49,769 bases of DNA from an uncultured bacterium (GTDB taxonomy: Bacteria > Bacillota_I > Bacilli_A > RFN20 > CAG-826), in contig CASFRI010000039.1 in the NCBI GenBank assembly GCA_949297055.1, positions 1-49,769 of the forward strand, read 5' to 3'. Of this stretch, positions 37,857-46,976 are shown in pieces. The notes beneath the pieces were generated by a model. It saw only the letters and a list, made by a program, of their open reading frames with translations. It ran no database searches and was not told where the DNA came from. How positions within the stretch are numbered: position 1 is the first letter of the stretch; every line of letters starts with the position of its first letter. Made by a program: the position numbers and the translations under genes.

Positions 37857-37994
37857 TTACTTTATACTAGCTTCAATTGTTCTTTCAATACCAACATTGA
37901 ATTTAAAGGTTAATTTGGTACGTTCATTAACTACTATTTCCTCAACTAACCTTCTAAAGATTTCTTCATTAAATTCCTCGGTTGGATTTGTTAA
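37857..37994 (-). pseudogene. C-terminal fragment of a large serine recombinase (not in the ORF track)
   Basis: Manual translation LTNPTEEFNEEIFRRLVEEIVVNERTKLTFKFNVGIERTIEASIK*, resembling the EF-x-E-xx-F-xx-LVE-x-I-x-V...F-x-F-xx-G C-terminus of Firmicute recombinase-family proteins; in-frame TGA directly upstream. Confidence 0.65.
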
Positions 37995-38060
37995 TCACGG
38001 ATATAAAATGTACATAAGGGGTTGCGGACAAAAACTTGGACTAAAATAGAAAGGACAAGT

Positions 38061-38288
38061 ATGCACAAAATAGAAGAAATTGAAAAAGCATTAAATTTAT
38101 TAGATACCTATGATGGACAATTATCTAAGACTGCAAGAGCATTAGGGATTAATCGCTATACATTAAGATCTAGGAGAGATAAAAGAAAAAAAGGTGAACC
38201 TTTAATTTCAAGAACGAGGAACAATATCCATGAATCAAATTTAAATGCCAAAATGGCTAATTTAATGTATTTTATCTCTAAAAAATAA
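38061..38288 (+). pseudogene. Truncated IS transposase N-terminal HTH (IS3-like OrfA)
   Basis: MHKIEEIEKALNLL...LSKTARALGINRYTLRSRRDK; SD AAAGGA; no catalytic DDE domain follows. Confidence 0.55.
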
Positions 38289-38293
38289 AAAAA

Positions 38294-38317
38294 GTATCAA
38301 TACAAGCGTATCAATAC
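38294..38317. repeat. Tandem 10-bp direct repeat GTATCAATAC next to the tRNA 3' end
   Basis: GTATCAATAC-aagc-GTATCAATAC. Confidence 0.7.
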
Positions 38318-38330
38318 TCTAATTCTCACA

Positions 38331-38404
38331 TGGTGCCCCCTGCCAGAATCGAACTAGCAATTGATCCTTACCATGGACCTGTTATGCCATTTAACTAAGG
38401 GGGC
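38331..38404 (-). tRNA. tRNA-Thr(GGT)
   Basis: GCCCCCT TA GTTA AATGGCA TAAC A GGTCC ATGGTAA GGATC AATT GCTAG TTCGATT CTGGC AGGGGGC ACCA: complete cloverleaf, anticodon GGT, encoded CCA. Confidence 0.96.
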
Positions 38405-38437
38405 AATAAATCATCGTTATTATCGATGACTTTTAAA

Positions 38438-38466
38438 AGTATAAAGGATTAAAAGGTCACTATCAA
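38438..38466 (-). promoter_or_regulatory. SigA-type promoter of tRNA-Thr
   Basis: TTGATA-17 nt-TATACT. Confidence 0.7.
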
Positions 38467-38472
38467 CTATTT

Positions 38473-39759
38473 TTATTCTATAAGTTCCGCAAGAAGGTCA
38501 TAAGATTTATGACCAATGATTTTAATTTTATGGATCGAGCCTAATTTTAAATCGACATTTGTCTTCAAAATAATTTGTCCGTCCACATCATCCGGTGCGT
38601 TAAATTCATTCCTACAAAGATATACACCTTTCTTCACTTTCTTAGTAATTAAAGCATCGCCTTCTACACCTTTAAAAGATGCATTTATTTCTTCCACTAT
38701 TTCTTTTTGAGTTTTAAGTAATAGATTTAATCTTCTTTTCGCTACTTTTTGGCTAATTCTAGGCTTTAAATCGTATGCCTTAGTGTCTTCTTCACATGAA
38801 TACGTAAACGCGCCTAGATGCGTGAATTTATAAGTTTTAATAAAGTCTAATAATTCATCGAATTCTTCTTCGCTTTCGCTAGGGAAACCAACGATGAAAG
38901 TCGTGCGAATTATTGGATTATTAATCTTACTTCTAATTTTATTTAATAAAGAAATGATAGATTCTTTATCATCCCTTCTATTCATCAACGTTAATAATCT
39001 AGAATTCACATGTTGGAAAGGTAAATCAAAATAAGGAACGAGCCTATCTTCACTGGCAATTAAGTCGATCAATTCATCGCTAACGTCTTTTGGGTATAAA
39101 TATAAAGTACGGATGAATTTAAATTCACCGATAGTTAAGGTCTTCTTAAGTAAATCCACTAAAGTTAGCCCTAAGCCATCTTTTCCATAATCGGTCGTGT
39201 TTTGGGCCACTAAGACGAGCTCTTTAACGCCACTTTCGGCTAATTTTTTCGCTTCTAAATAAATATCTTCGATGCTTCTAGATTTCAATTTTCCTCTAAT
39301 AAGAGGAATCGCACAATATGCACAATGATTATTACATCCTTCCGCGATCTTTAAATACGCACTTCCACTTTCGCTTGCAAGGGCTCGGTCTAACATCGAT
39401 AGCTTACCCTTTAATACTTCGATTCCTAAAGTTTCATTAATTAAGGAAGAAAAATGTTCATAATCTCTAATTGGAATAAATCTTGCTACTTCTGGAATTT
39501 CTTCTTCTAAGTTTTTTAAGTAACGTTCAGCAAGACAGCCTACGACAAAAACTGGTTTATCGTAACTTAAAAGTTTAAAGATGGTATCTAAAGATTCTTG
39601 CTTCGCACTTTTGATGAAACCACAAGTATTAAGAATGAAGATATCCGATTCTTCTAGCGCATTAGTGAAACTATGACCGTTTTTAATAAATAGGCCATAC
39701 ATCATCTCGCTATCGCAAAGGTTTTTCGCGCAGCCTAAAGAGACGAGAGCAATTTTCAT
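38473..39759 (-). CDS. rimO: Ribosomal protein S12 methylthiotransferase
   Basis: SLGCAKN..DSE, NTCGFI, GCLAERY, radical SAM CNNHCAYC, YLYP, APDDVDG TRAM domain. Confidence 0.92.
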   Translation of the reverse strand: MKIALVSLGCAKNLCDSEMMYGLFIKNGHSFTNALEESDIFILNTCGFIKSAKQESLDTIFKLLSYDKPVFVVGCLAERYLKNLEEEIPEVARFIPIRDYEHFSSLINETLGIEVLKGKLSMLDRALASESGSAYLKIAEGCNNHCAYCAIPLIRGKLKSRSIEDIYLEAKKLAESGVKELVLVAQNTTDYGKDGLGLTLVDLLKKTLTIGEFKFIRTLYLYPKDVSDELIDLIASEDRLVPYFDLPFQHVNSRLLTLMNRRDDKESIISLLNKIRSKINNPIIRTTFIVGFPSESEEEFDELLDFIKTYKFTHLGAFTYSCEEDTKAYDLKPRISQKVAKRRLNLLLKTQKEIVEEINASFKGVEGDALITKKVKKGVYLCRNEFNAPDDVDGQIILKTNVDLKLGSIHKIKIIGHKSYDLLAELIE

Positions 39760-39762
39760 CTT

Positions 39763-41202
39763 CTAGCGACTTCTTCCGTATCGGACGATCAAAGGATTAT
39801 ATACTTTTAAAGCTTTTCTTACATCTTTCATCGTCTTAATTCTAAAAGCCCAGTTAATATTATTTAAAGTGCTCGGTTCGTTCGTGCGGTAATAATCGTC
39901 TAGCCCTAACAAATCTTGGATAGGAATGATGACGATTCTTGCCTTTCTGGCTAAAGTAAAATGAAGCATTGCTTCATAGATCGGTAAGGAGGCTACTTCT
40001 TCACCAAATTTATTTCTTAATGTTTCCTTAACTTCATTTCTATGTTTTTCATCAATTCTTAAAAACCATGAAACGATCGTTTGATTATCGTGCGTACCAG
40101 TGTAAGCGACCATGTTTTCTTTATCTACATAATTTTTATCATCGATCGTGAATTGCGTCACGTCCATCCCTGGTAAATTATAATGGTCACGAAGCACTAA
40201 GACGGAAGGTCTTAAATCACCTAAGTCTTCAGCGATAATCTTACTTAAATCGACTTCTTTTTTAAGATATTCAAAGAAATCGTAAGCGGGACCATCCCAC
40301 CATTCCCCGATGACGGCGTCAGGTCTACCGAAAGGAATGACGTAATAAGAATCAAACGCTCTAAAGTGATCGATTCTTAAGACATCGCACATCTTAAACG
40401 CCGCTTTCATTCTTTCAATGTAGAAAGAATAGCCAGTTTCTCTCATCTTCATGAAATTGTAGATGGGGTTACCCCAAAGTTGACCAGTTTTAGAAAAATA
40501 ATCAGGCGGTACACCGGCGACGAGCTTAGGATTATTTTTATCATCTAATAAGAATTGTTCGCGGTTATAGTAGACATCATCGCTATCGAAACCGACGTAG
40601 AAAGGAATGTCACCGATGACTTTAATGCCCCTTCTTCTTACGCGATTTAAAACACGTTTCCATTGTTTGAAAGCGACGTATTGTAAAAATAATTCATACT
40701 GAATGGCGTCTTTAATTTCTTCATCTTGATAAAACTTGGTCCACTCCTGCCACGGTCTTAAATCGTTTAGTTTCTTATGAGCGATAAATCTTGCGTAAGG
40801 ATAGGCAAATGGTTCATCTTTTTGAAATTTGCTAAGTCTTTTTATCAAACCTTTTTTGACGAAAGCGTGGTAGGCCTTAATGCAATAAATTTCTTTATAT
40901 TTCCTCACTTGATCATAATCGACACGGTCGCTTAAAGTTTTATAAGGCTTAGGCGATTTAATTAAACCTTCTTTCGCTAGTAGGTCTAACGAAATATAAA
41001 TTTCGTCGATAGCGTGAGACGATAAGGGTTGATATGGCGAATTACCGTAACTTAACCTATTAAGTGGTAAAATTTGCCAATAAGTGAGAGGTGATTTCGC
41101 TAATTCGTCAATAAATTTGTAAGTTTCTGGACCAAAATCACCAATACCATATTTATTTGGCAAACTTGCGATAGGCATCAAGATGCCAGCTTCTTTTTTC
41201 AT
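39763..41202 (-). CDS. malQ: 4-alpha-glucanotransferase (amylomaltase, GH77)
   Basis: WQILPL, SPY, GVPPDYFS, WGNP, RIDHFR, AEDLG, YTGTHDN. Confidence 0.96.
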   Translation of the reverse strand: MKKEAGILMPIASLPNKYGIGDFGPETYKFIDELAKSPLTYWQILPLNRLSYGNSPYQPLSSHAIDEIYISLDLLAKEGLIKSPKPYKTLSDRVDYDQVRKYKEIYCIKAYHAFVKKGLIKRLSKFQKDEPFAYPYARFIAHKKLNDLRPWQEWTKFYQDEEIKDAIQYELFLQYVAFKQWKRVLNRVRRRGIKVIGDIPFYVGFDSDDVYYNREQFLLDDKNNPKLVAGVPPDYFSKTGQLWGNPIYNFMKMRETGYSFYIERMKAAFKMCDVLRIDHFRAFDSYYVIPFGRPDAVIGEWWDGPAYDFFEYLKKEVDLSKIIAEDLGDLRPSVLVLRDHYNLPGMDVTQFTIDDKNYVDKENMVAYTGTHDNQTIVSWFLRIDEKHRNEVKETLRNKFGEEVASLPIYEAMLHFTLARKARIVIIPIQDLLGLDDYYRTNEPSTLNNINWAFRIKTMKDVRKALKVYNPLIVRYGRSR

Positions 41203-42119
41203 AGACTTTTTTCTCCTTCTTCTAGTTCTATTGCATTCATTTTCTTATTACGACGTAATATATTAGCCATCTTTATTTTAAATGCAAGACTTCTCATATC
41301 TTGTCTTACATGATGATGTTCGAAAGGTAAACTTAGTAAGAAACATAATGGAATGCCAGCGATATAAATTGGTATGACCGCCCAAAGAACAGGTAAATAA
41401 AAGATACGATTAGGATCATATGGATGCATTCTTAAAAACGGGAACACTAAGGCATCGATCATACCTCTAAGACCGGCATAAGCTTGAGGCACTCCAAAGA
41501 CGAAGGAAGCATTCCTAAAATCAGGCGATAAGAATTCATCTAATGTTTGAGGCACTAGGCCGGAGATAGCTAAAAATATTTCGTTGATAAAAACGCAAGT
41601 CATAACGCCTAAAAACGCTAAAGGCATCGCGATGATACGATGATAGTTTAATCGATGCTGATTTAGCATGACCATGAGGACACCGACGATGACTAAGATG
41701 TAATGACAAACGTAATATCGAATATTTTCTAAAACTTCATCGAAAGTCGAAAATTGGCCACCTAATGTTACCGTTGGAACGATCAAAGCAAAAGTTCCGC
41801 AGACGATACAAATGTAATAGACGAAATCTTTTAAATATTTTCCACCAAATAAATAGAAGAACGGTAAGACGATCGTGCAGACCGCACATAAATTTTCAAA
41901 AGTAGACGTTCTTAATGAATAGGGCCAATCGGCGATGTAGGCTGGGAAAAATTGTTTTAAAAAATGTAAAGCGAAGCCTGTCACACAAATAGCGAAGATA
42001 AAATAAAATTGAAATTTCGCTGACCTTCTTTTCAAGAAGAAATATAAAAAGATGACTAAAAAAACAGGAACCGCTAAGAGAAAGAAATATCTAAAATTTA
42101 ATTCGATTGCTAAGACCAT
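41199..42119 (-). CDS. YwaF/TMEM164-like integral membrane protein
   Basis: Multiple TM helices; ENLCAV, YYVCH, N-x-x-F motif. Confidence 0.6.
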   Translation of the reverse strand: MVLAIELNFRYFFLLAVPVFLVIFLYFFLKRRSAKFQFYFIFAICVTGFALHFLKQFFPAYIADWPYSLRTSTFENLCAVCTIVLPFFYLFGGKYLKDFVYYICIVCGTFALIVPTVTLGGQFSTFDEVLENIRYYVCHYILVIVGVLMVMLNQHRLNYHRIIAMPLAFLGVMTCVFINEIFLAISGLVPQTLDEFLSPDFRNASFVFGVPQAYAGLRGMIDALVFPFLRMHPYDPNRIFYLPVLWAVIPIYIAGIPLCFLLSLPFEHHHVRQDMRSLAFKIKMANILRRNKKMNAIELEEGEKSL

Positions 42120-42132
42120 TTTTTATATTCCA

Positions 42133-43398
42133 CTAGGCGTATTCTTTGAAGTAGCCTTTCTCTTTCTTCGCTTTCGCTTTCTTTTCGACAGTCTTTTCTT
42201 CTTCGATAGGCTTAATTTCTTCTACCTTCACATCTTTTCTATCATCTTTCTTAGTAGGATTCATCACTTCGATAATTCCGGTATTATTGATGACGAGTTC
42301 AAGATGATTATTAGCTAGATAATAATTGACGTAATCCACTACTTCTTTATCTTTTTCTTTTAAAGCCATGAGGATGATGTAGCCATTTTGTTCATCGCCA
42401 ATTAAAGCCGCACCAGCGTTTTCAAAAGAATTAAGATTATTTAAAGTTTGTAAAACGTAAGTATCAGGATGGATGACGTTAAGATAAGAAAAAGAAGTCA
42501 TCGCACTATGCCTTAAAGAAGATAAGAATGGCGAGACATTATTTTTCGCTAATTCTTTTAAAATATCTTCGATACTTCTTTGTTCATCATAATAATGCTG
42601 AGCGTTTAAAATCAATCTAGAATCTAATTTTAAAAATGTTGGGGCGTTGACAAAATCCGTGTAATTTAATTCTCTTAAATTATTCTTTCCATAAGCTTTC
42701 GCTACTTCGAGCATCTTTTGATGTGGTTCCAATTTCGAATCTAAATAATGATGATTGATATTGATCATGTAAGTATCGAAACGTTCCAAATTATCGCTTA
42801 TTGGACATAAAGAATCTTTTCTTTCTAAATTGTAGTCAAGTAACACTAAAGACTTAGAATGGATGACATTTAACAAATAATCATCGCAGCCGACGTAAGC
42901 ATAATGTGAGCACGCATAATTTACGATAGAGAGTAATTCATCTTCTTTTAAATTATTTTTTAAGAAGAGACGATTTAACGTATCCACTAACATGTAAGCT
43001 AATAAATCGTCCACTAAACCATCGGCTTTTCTTACGTAAATATTAAATTTTGGTAAAGTGATATCTTTATCGATGTAAAGCTTAGCTAAAATGCCACGAA
43101 GTAAACCATGGATAGAAAATATTTCTTCTTTTCTACCATTTAAATCCGAAGCATCGAAATGCATCTTATGACCATTGTAAATAATGAAAGATTCATCATC
43201 TTCACATAAAGAAGCAATCGTAATATTACCTAACGAAAAAGGTGCAGCGATCACTTTCCCTTTATTGACGCTACAATAAGTGCCAAATAAGACACGTGGA
43301 GAAGGATAAACCACTACTTCTAAATCTTCTTTGTTCGCCTTAACGAGATTTAAATATTCGTCCATCGCATTTTCAAGCATTACTATAATATCAGCCAT
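42133..43398 (-). CDS. Degenerate galactokinase-like (GHMP) protein
   Basis: SPRVLFGTYCSVNKGKVIAA, AQHYYDEQRS, SLRHSAMTSFSYLNV and GAALIG line up by eye with GalK segments, but the catalytic Gly-rich motifs are eroded. Confidence 0.6.
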   Translation of the reverse strand: MADIIVMLENAMDEYLNLVKANKEDLEVVVYPSPRVLFGTYCSVNKGKVIAAPFSLGNITIASLCEDDESFIIYNGHKMHFDASDLNGRKEEIFSIHGLLRGILAKLYIDKDITLPKFNIYVRKADGLVDDLLAYMLVDTLNRLFLKNNLKEDELLSIVNYACSHYAYVGCDDYLLNVIHSKSLVLLDYNLERKDSLCPISDNLERFDTYMININHHYLDSKLEPHQKMLEVAKAYGKNNLRELNYTDFVNAPTFLKLDSRLILNAQHYYDEQRSIEDILKELAKNNVSPFLSSLRHSAMTSFSYLNVIHPDTYVLQTLNNLNSFENAGAALIGDEQNGYIILMALKEKDKEVVDYVNYYLANNHLELVINNTGIIEVMNPTKKDDRKDVKVEEIKPIEEEKTVEKKAKAKKEKGYFKEYA

Positions 43399-43563
43399 AT
43401 GAAAAACCTCATTAACATTATATCGTTTAAAAGTGCATTTTTAAAAGAAAAATAATTAATAATTATTCTAGATGACGATTTTATAAAATTTAAGTTTATT
43501 ATTGCATCCATAAATTGATAGTGATATCTTGCAGGCAAATTAGGTAAAAGGAGGATAAAAATT

Positions 43564-44667
43564 ATGCAAAAGAAAATATTAAACCTAATTAGTCTAGGTG
43601 CCATAGTTTTGTCTTTAGCTAGTTGTGGTACCCCACCCGATACGACCGCTCCCGTCTTCACTAGTGTGACAGCGGATAGCGATACGTATTACACCAATGA
43701 GCCTTTTAGGCTAAATGTCGAGGTGGAAGATGACGTCAGCGAAACCCTTAGCTTAAGCGTCATGATCACCGCTCCTAGCAGAGCTAAATCTTCTTCGACG
43801 ATCGATGCAGTCACATTGAAAGAAGATGGTGAGAATAAAATCGTCGTAACCGCCACGGATGAAGCAGGAAATATTGCTACGAGTGAAACACTTACTATCA
43901 ATGCTTTCGATCCTTACGCCCATTGGACTAGCGAAGAAATGGCGCTCATGGAAACTAGTCCTGGTTTCATCGTTCCTAAATCGCGCTTCTTCGCTGACAC
44001 TACTACAGTTAGCCAATCGCAAAATATGGGTGGAACGATTCTTGGTGTCATCATCGATAACACAGGATTAAATGAAGAACAAATTGCGGACTATGAAGCG
44101 TTGCTCATAAGAGAAGGCTTCATCTCTAACGATTATGAATTAGCCTATTATGGCTCCACTATTTTAAATTCCACCCACATAAATGTGTTTGATAAGCATG
44201 TCGAAAACACGAGCTATCATCGTTTACAAAATTATTATTACAATGGTGATTATAAGATTGAGGCTAGATTTGTAGATTACGTCATCTCTCACGATTGGGA
44301 TGAAGCTTACGTAACAAGTGTCATCACAGAAGCTTACGCACCTCTTGTTCCCGCTTTCACTTTCGAAGCCGCTAACGAAGAAGGCATCTTATATTTATCA
44401 AACTATAATGACATCATGGCTAGCATGGGCACAATTGGGGCAATCCAAGGCAAAATTTATCACGTCACCGTCGAAGAAATTTCTGCCTATCTTGACACTC
44501 TTGCCGCACTTGGTTACACCGATGGATCAATCGATGATTTAATCGCTAATGAAACGACGGTGCCGATGTATATGGATCCTACAACTTATGCGATGGTGAT
44601 GATTCAAATTTCTTCTTATCTTGATGCTTCATTACCATTTTATACGATCGATATCATGTGTATGTAA
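43564..44667 (+). CDS. Lipoprotein with an N-terminal Ig-like domain, function unknown
   Basis: Lipobox LAS-C; DTTAP...VTATDEAGN; SD AGGAGG; promoter TTGCAT-17-TATCTT upstream. Confidence 0.75.
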   Translation: MQKKILNLISLGAIVLSLASCGTPPDTTAPVFTSVTADSDTYYTNEPFRLNVEVEDDVSETLSLSVMITAPSRAKSSSTIDAVTLKEDGENKIVVTATDEAGNIATSETLTINAFDPYAHWTSEEMALMETSPGFIVPKSRFFADTTTVSQSQNMGGTILGVIIDNTGLNEEQIADYEALLIREGFISNDYELAYYGSTILNSTHINVFDKHVENTSYHRLQNYYYNGDYKIEARFVDYVISHDWDEAYVTSVITEAYAPLVPAFTFEAANEEGILYLSNYNDIMASMGTIGAIQGKIYHVTVEEISAYLDTLAALGYTDGSIDDLIANETTVPMYMDPTTYAMVMIQISSYLDASLPFYTIDIMCM

Positions 44668-44786
44668 TGTTTAATTAAACATTATTCGCTTAATTTATCC
44701 TAGTTTTTATTCAATTAACATATATAAAAAATTTTTACTAACGCCAAGTTTATTGTAAAATATCGAAAGACAGGATTTAAAAACCA

Positions 44787-45407
44787 ATGAAAAATTTAGA
44801 GAAAAAAATCTTAGCGCGCAAAATTGTCGCTGTCGCCGCTGCTCTAGCTTTCATCGTCATCGGTATCTTACTTTGTATCCCTGGCGTCACTGGTATGGCG
44901 TTTGAAGCAGTATGTGCTATGTTACTTATCATCATGGGTTTTGGCTCAATTTACGCTATCGCCAAGTACATCACAAGTAAAGACAAAAATGGATGGCTCC
45001 TCGCTGAAGGTATCATGTTCGGCATCTTATTCGTCTTAGTTATCATCGCCATTTCCGTCAACGGACAAGCAGCGTTTGAAAACTACACATTTACAATGTT
45101 TACCATCATCACCACTTTCTTAGGCTTCATCGCCATCATGAGTGGTATCATGCGTATTTCCACCGCGAGCCAAAGCAATCATCCAACTTACTTTGTCCTT
45201 TACGGTATCATCCAACTCATCGTCGGAAGCGTCCTTGCTTTCGGTGTGTGGTTTTGCTTCAACCTAGAAGATTTATTCATCTTAGCCTGTTTCTTAGGCG
45301 CTTACGCTATCGTTTCAGGTTTGAACTTATTACTTCTCACGCTCGCAAATGGTGACCGCACAAAAGATGAAAACGTCATCGATATCGATGTCGATAAAAA
45401 AGATTAA
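44787..45407 (+). CDS. DUF308/HdeD-like membrane protein
   Basis: Six TM helices with G-rich repeats (GWLLAEGI, GIIQLIVG, LGAYAIVSG). Confidence 0.65.
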   Translation: MKNLEKKILARKIVAVAAALAFIVIGILLCIPGVTGMAFEAVCAMLLIIMGFGSIYAIAKYITSKDKNGWLLAEGIMFGILFVLVIIAISVNGQAAFENYTFTMFTIITTFLGFIAIMSGIMRISTASQSNHPTYFVLYGIIQLIVGSVLAFGVWFCFNLEDLFILACFLGAYAIVSGLNLLLLTLANGDRTKDENVIDIDVDKKD

Positions 45408-45425
45408 TTAAGTTAAAAAATTAAC

Positions 45426-45458
45426 AAAAAAATAAGAGAGCATTTGCTCTCTTTTTTT
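45426..45458. terminator. Bidirectional intrinsic terminator
   Basis: AAGAGAGC-ATTT-GCTCTCTT with flanking A- and T-tracts between convergent genes. Confidence 0.85.
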
Positions 45459-45466
45459 AATTCCTT

Positions 45467-45919
45467 TTAAAACTTCGCTTTCCCGTGCGTTAAGATGTAA
45501 GCTTCTTCTACACTTTCTTTCGCTACTTGTTTTCTTTCTTTGATGAGGAAGAAAGATGATAAAGAAAAGAAGAAAGTCATGAAGGCAATAATGCCAAAAA
45601 TAATAAGAAAAATAACACCCCAAAGTTCTAAACGATAAAAAATTCCCACAATAAATAACGCTAGTGAGACAAAAAATAAGAAATAAGAAACGATAGAAAA
45701 AGTCGATATAGGTCTTTTGTTAGATTTATAACGACGATAAAGTCGATCGACATCTTTATTTTTTAAATATTTTTCTTCGATGACGCAAGTAAGTTTAAGA
45801 TGTCTTGCCCCTTCTTTAACTTCTTTTACTTTCCAACCGAAAGCCTCGATCGCGGCAATATTCGCTTTCGTCTTCTCTTTTTCTTCTTTTTTTACGGTGA
45901 ATTGTTTTTGTAATCGCAT
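45467..45919 (-). CDS. Hypothetical two-TM membrane protein
   Basis: Operon-like spacing; two hydrophobic helices. Confidence 0.7.
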   Translation of the reverse strand: MRLQKQFTVKKEEKEKTKANIAAIEAFGWKVKEVKEGARHLKLTCVIEEKYLKNKDVDRLYRRYKSNKRPISTFSIVSYFLFFVSLALFIVGIFYRLELWGVIFLIIFGIIAFMTFFFSLSSFFLIKERKQVAKESVEEAYILTHGKAKF

Positions 45920-45923
45920 ATAT

Positions 45924-46373
45924 TTATTTTAAATTATCTAACGCTTTTAAAATAGATTCTTTCTTCATTTGGCTCTCTTTTTCGATATTTTTTGCATTGT
46001 AAGCAAAATAAATTCCATAACCTAGACTAATAAGTAAGATGATTAAAGCTGGTAATCCAGCGCTCAATAATAAAATATCAAGGCTATAAACATCTTTTAA
46101 GATAAAAGATACGATGATAAAAACCGTAAGCGCAATGAACGTCAAGATAGTAAAAACGATGAGAGTAATAAGTTTATTTTTTAATGGATTAAAGTAGTCT
46201 CTTTCAAGTTTTTTAATTTGTTTATAATGGGGTATATCTTTAGATTTTTTTAGATGTAAGATAACGAAGTTATCTTTTTCTTCGATGAAATCTAACGAAT
46301 AAGAAAATTTTTCATAAAGGGACACTAAGCTAGATACATTACTTGAAAACGTCTTAATTGTTAAAGTATCCAT
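45924..46373 (-). CDS. Hypothetical two-TM membrane protein
   Basis: Operon-like spacing; same layout as its downstream neighbour. Confidence 0.7.
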   Translation of the reverse strand: MDTLTIKTFSSNVSSLVSLYEKFSYSLDFIEEKDNFVILHLKKSKDIPHYKQIKKLERDYFNPLKNKLITLIVFTILTFIALTVFIIVSFILKDVYSLDILLLSAGLPALIILLISLGYGIYFAYNAKNIEKESQMKKESILKALDNLK

Positions 46374-46376
46374 GAC

Positions 46377-46973
46377 CTATTCGCCTCGCATCGCATCAGT
46401 GTAAATCCAACGCACTTCTTCGATTAGTAAAGTCTTTTCGACATTTAATTCAAAACTGACGTAACTAGTGAAACGAGGAACGACCGAATAGACGTAAAAT
46501 CCATCTTTACTATAAGTCACTTGATAGATATTACATTGCAAAGAATTATCGACGCTATAACCTTTGATGAGTAAGACATCTTGCATCTCTTCTAAACTTA
46601 CATCTTTCACTTTAATTAAAAGTTTCGTCGAAGAAGATTCCGGTTCACTTTCGATTGGTGACCTTAAGCCTTCCCCCACATTAGTGAGTTTTAAATAATT
46701 GCCTTCAAAATTTAAAGGTGCACCATCGATAGAAGTCCAATTAGTGTCACTTAATTGCCCATTAACAAATGTTAGAGGAGAATAATTTCCCACCAGTTTT
46801 GGTTCTTCGACTGGCCAGCCACCCGCATCGAAATAACCACCAGCATTTGGTAAACTATCAGCGTAAGGCATAATGATTAACGCTCCAATAGCGATAAGTA
46901 AACTAAAACCACCGAGCGAAAACGCTAATTTGGTCTTATGATGCACGTCTTTAAATTTCGATTTATATTCCAT
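46377..46973 (-). CDS. Hypothetical protein with an N-terminal TM anchor and a beta-rich external domain
   Basis: Single TM helix; 3-nt gaps to both neighbours. Confidence 0.7.
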   Translation of the reverse strand: MEYKSKFKDVHHKTKLAFSLGGFSLLIAIGALIIMPYADSLPNAGGYFDAGGWPVEEPKLVGNYSPLTFVNGQLSDTNWTSIDGAPLNFEGNYLKLTNVGEGLRSPIESEPESSSTKLLIKVKDVSLEEMQDVLLIKGYSVDNSLQCNIYQVTYSKDGFYVYSVVPRFTSYVSFELNVEKTLLIEEVRWIYTDAMRGE

Positions 46974-46976
46974 AGC

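Larger units (their letters stand above)
26234..38330. mobile_element. tRNA-Thr-associated defence island, probably an immobilised integrative element; left boundary approximate
   Basis: Cluster of defence genes, recombinase remnant and IS fragment abutting the tRNA 3' end; by eye fewer CG-containing words (ATCG/TCGA) than the flanks. Confidence 0.7.

Noticed and set aside
38009-38041. TGTACATAAGGGGTTGCGGAC... as an IS left inverted repeat
   Set aside because: Plausible position, but no matching right end or target duplication found
37849-38049. 66-aa plus-strand ORF
   Set aside because: Antisense shadow of the recombinase remnant; no recognisable motif
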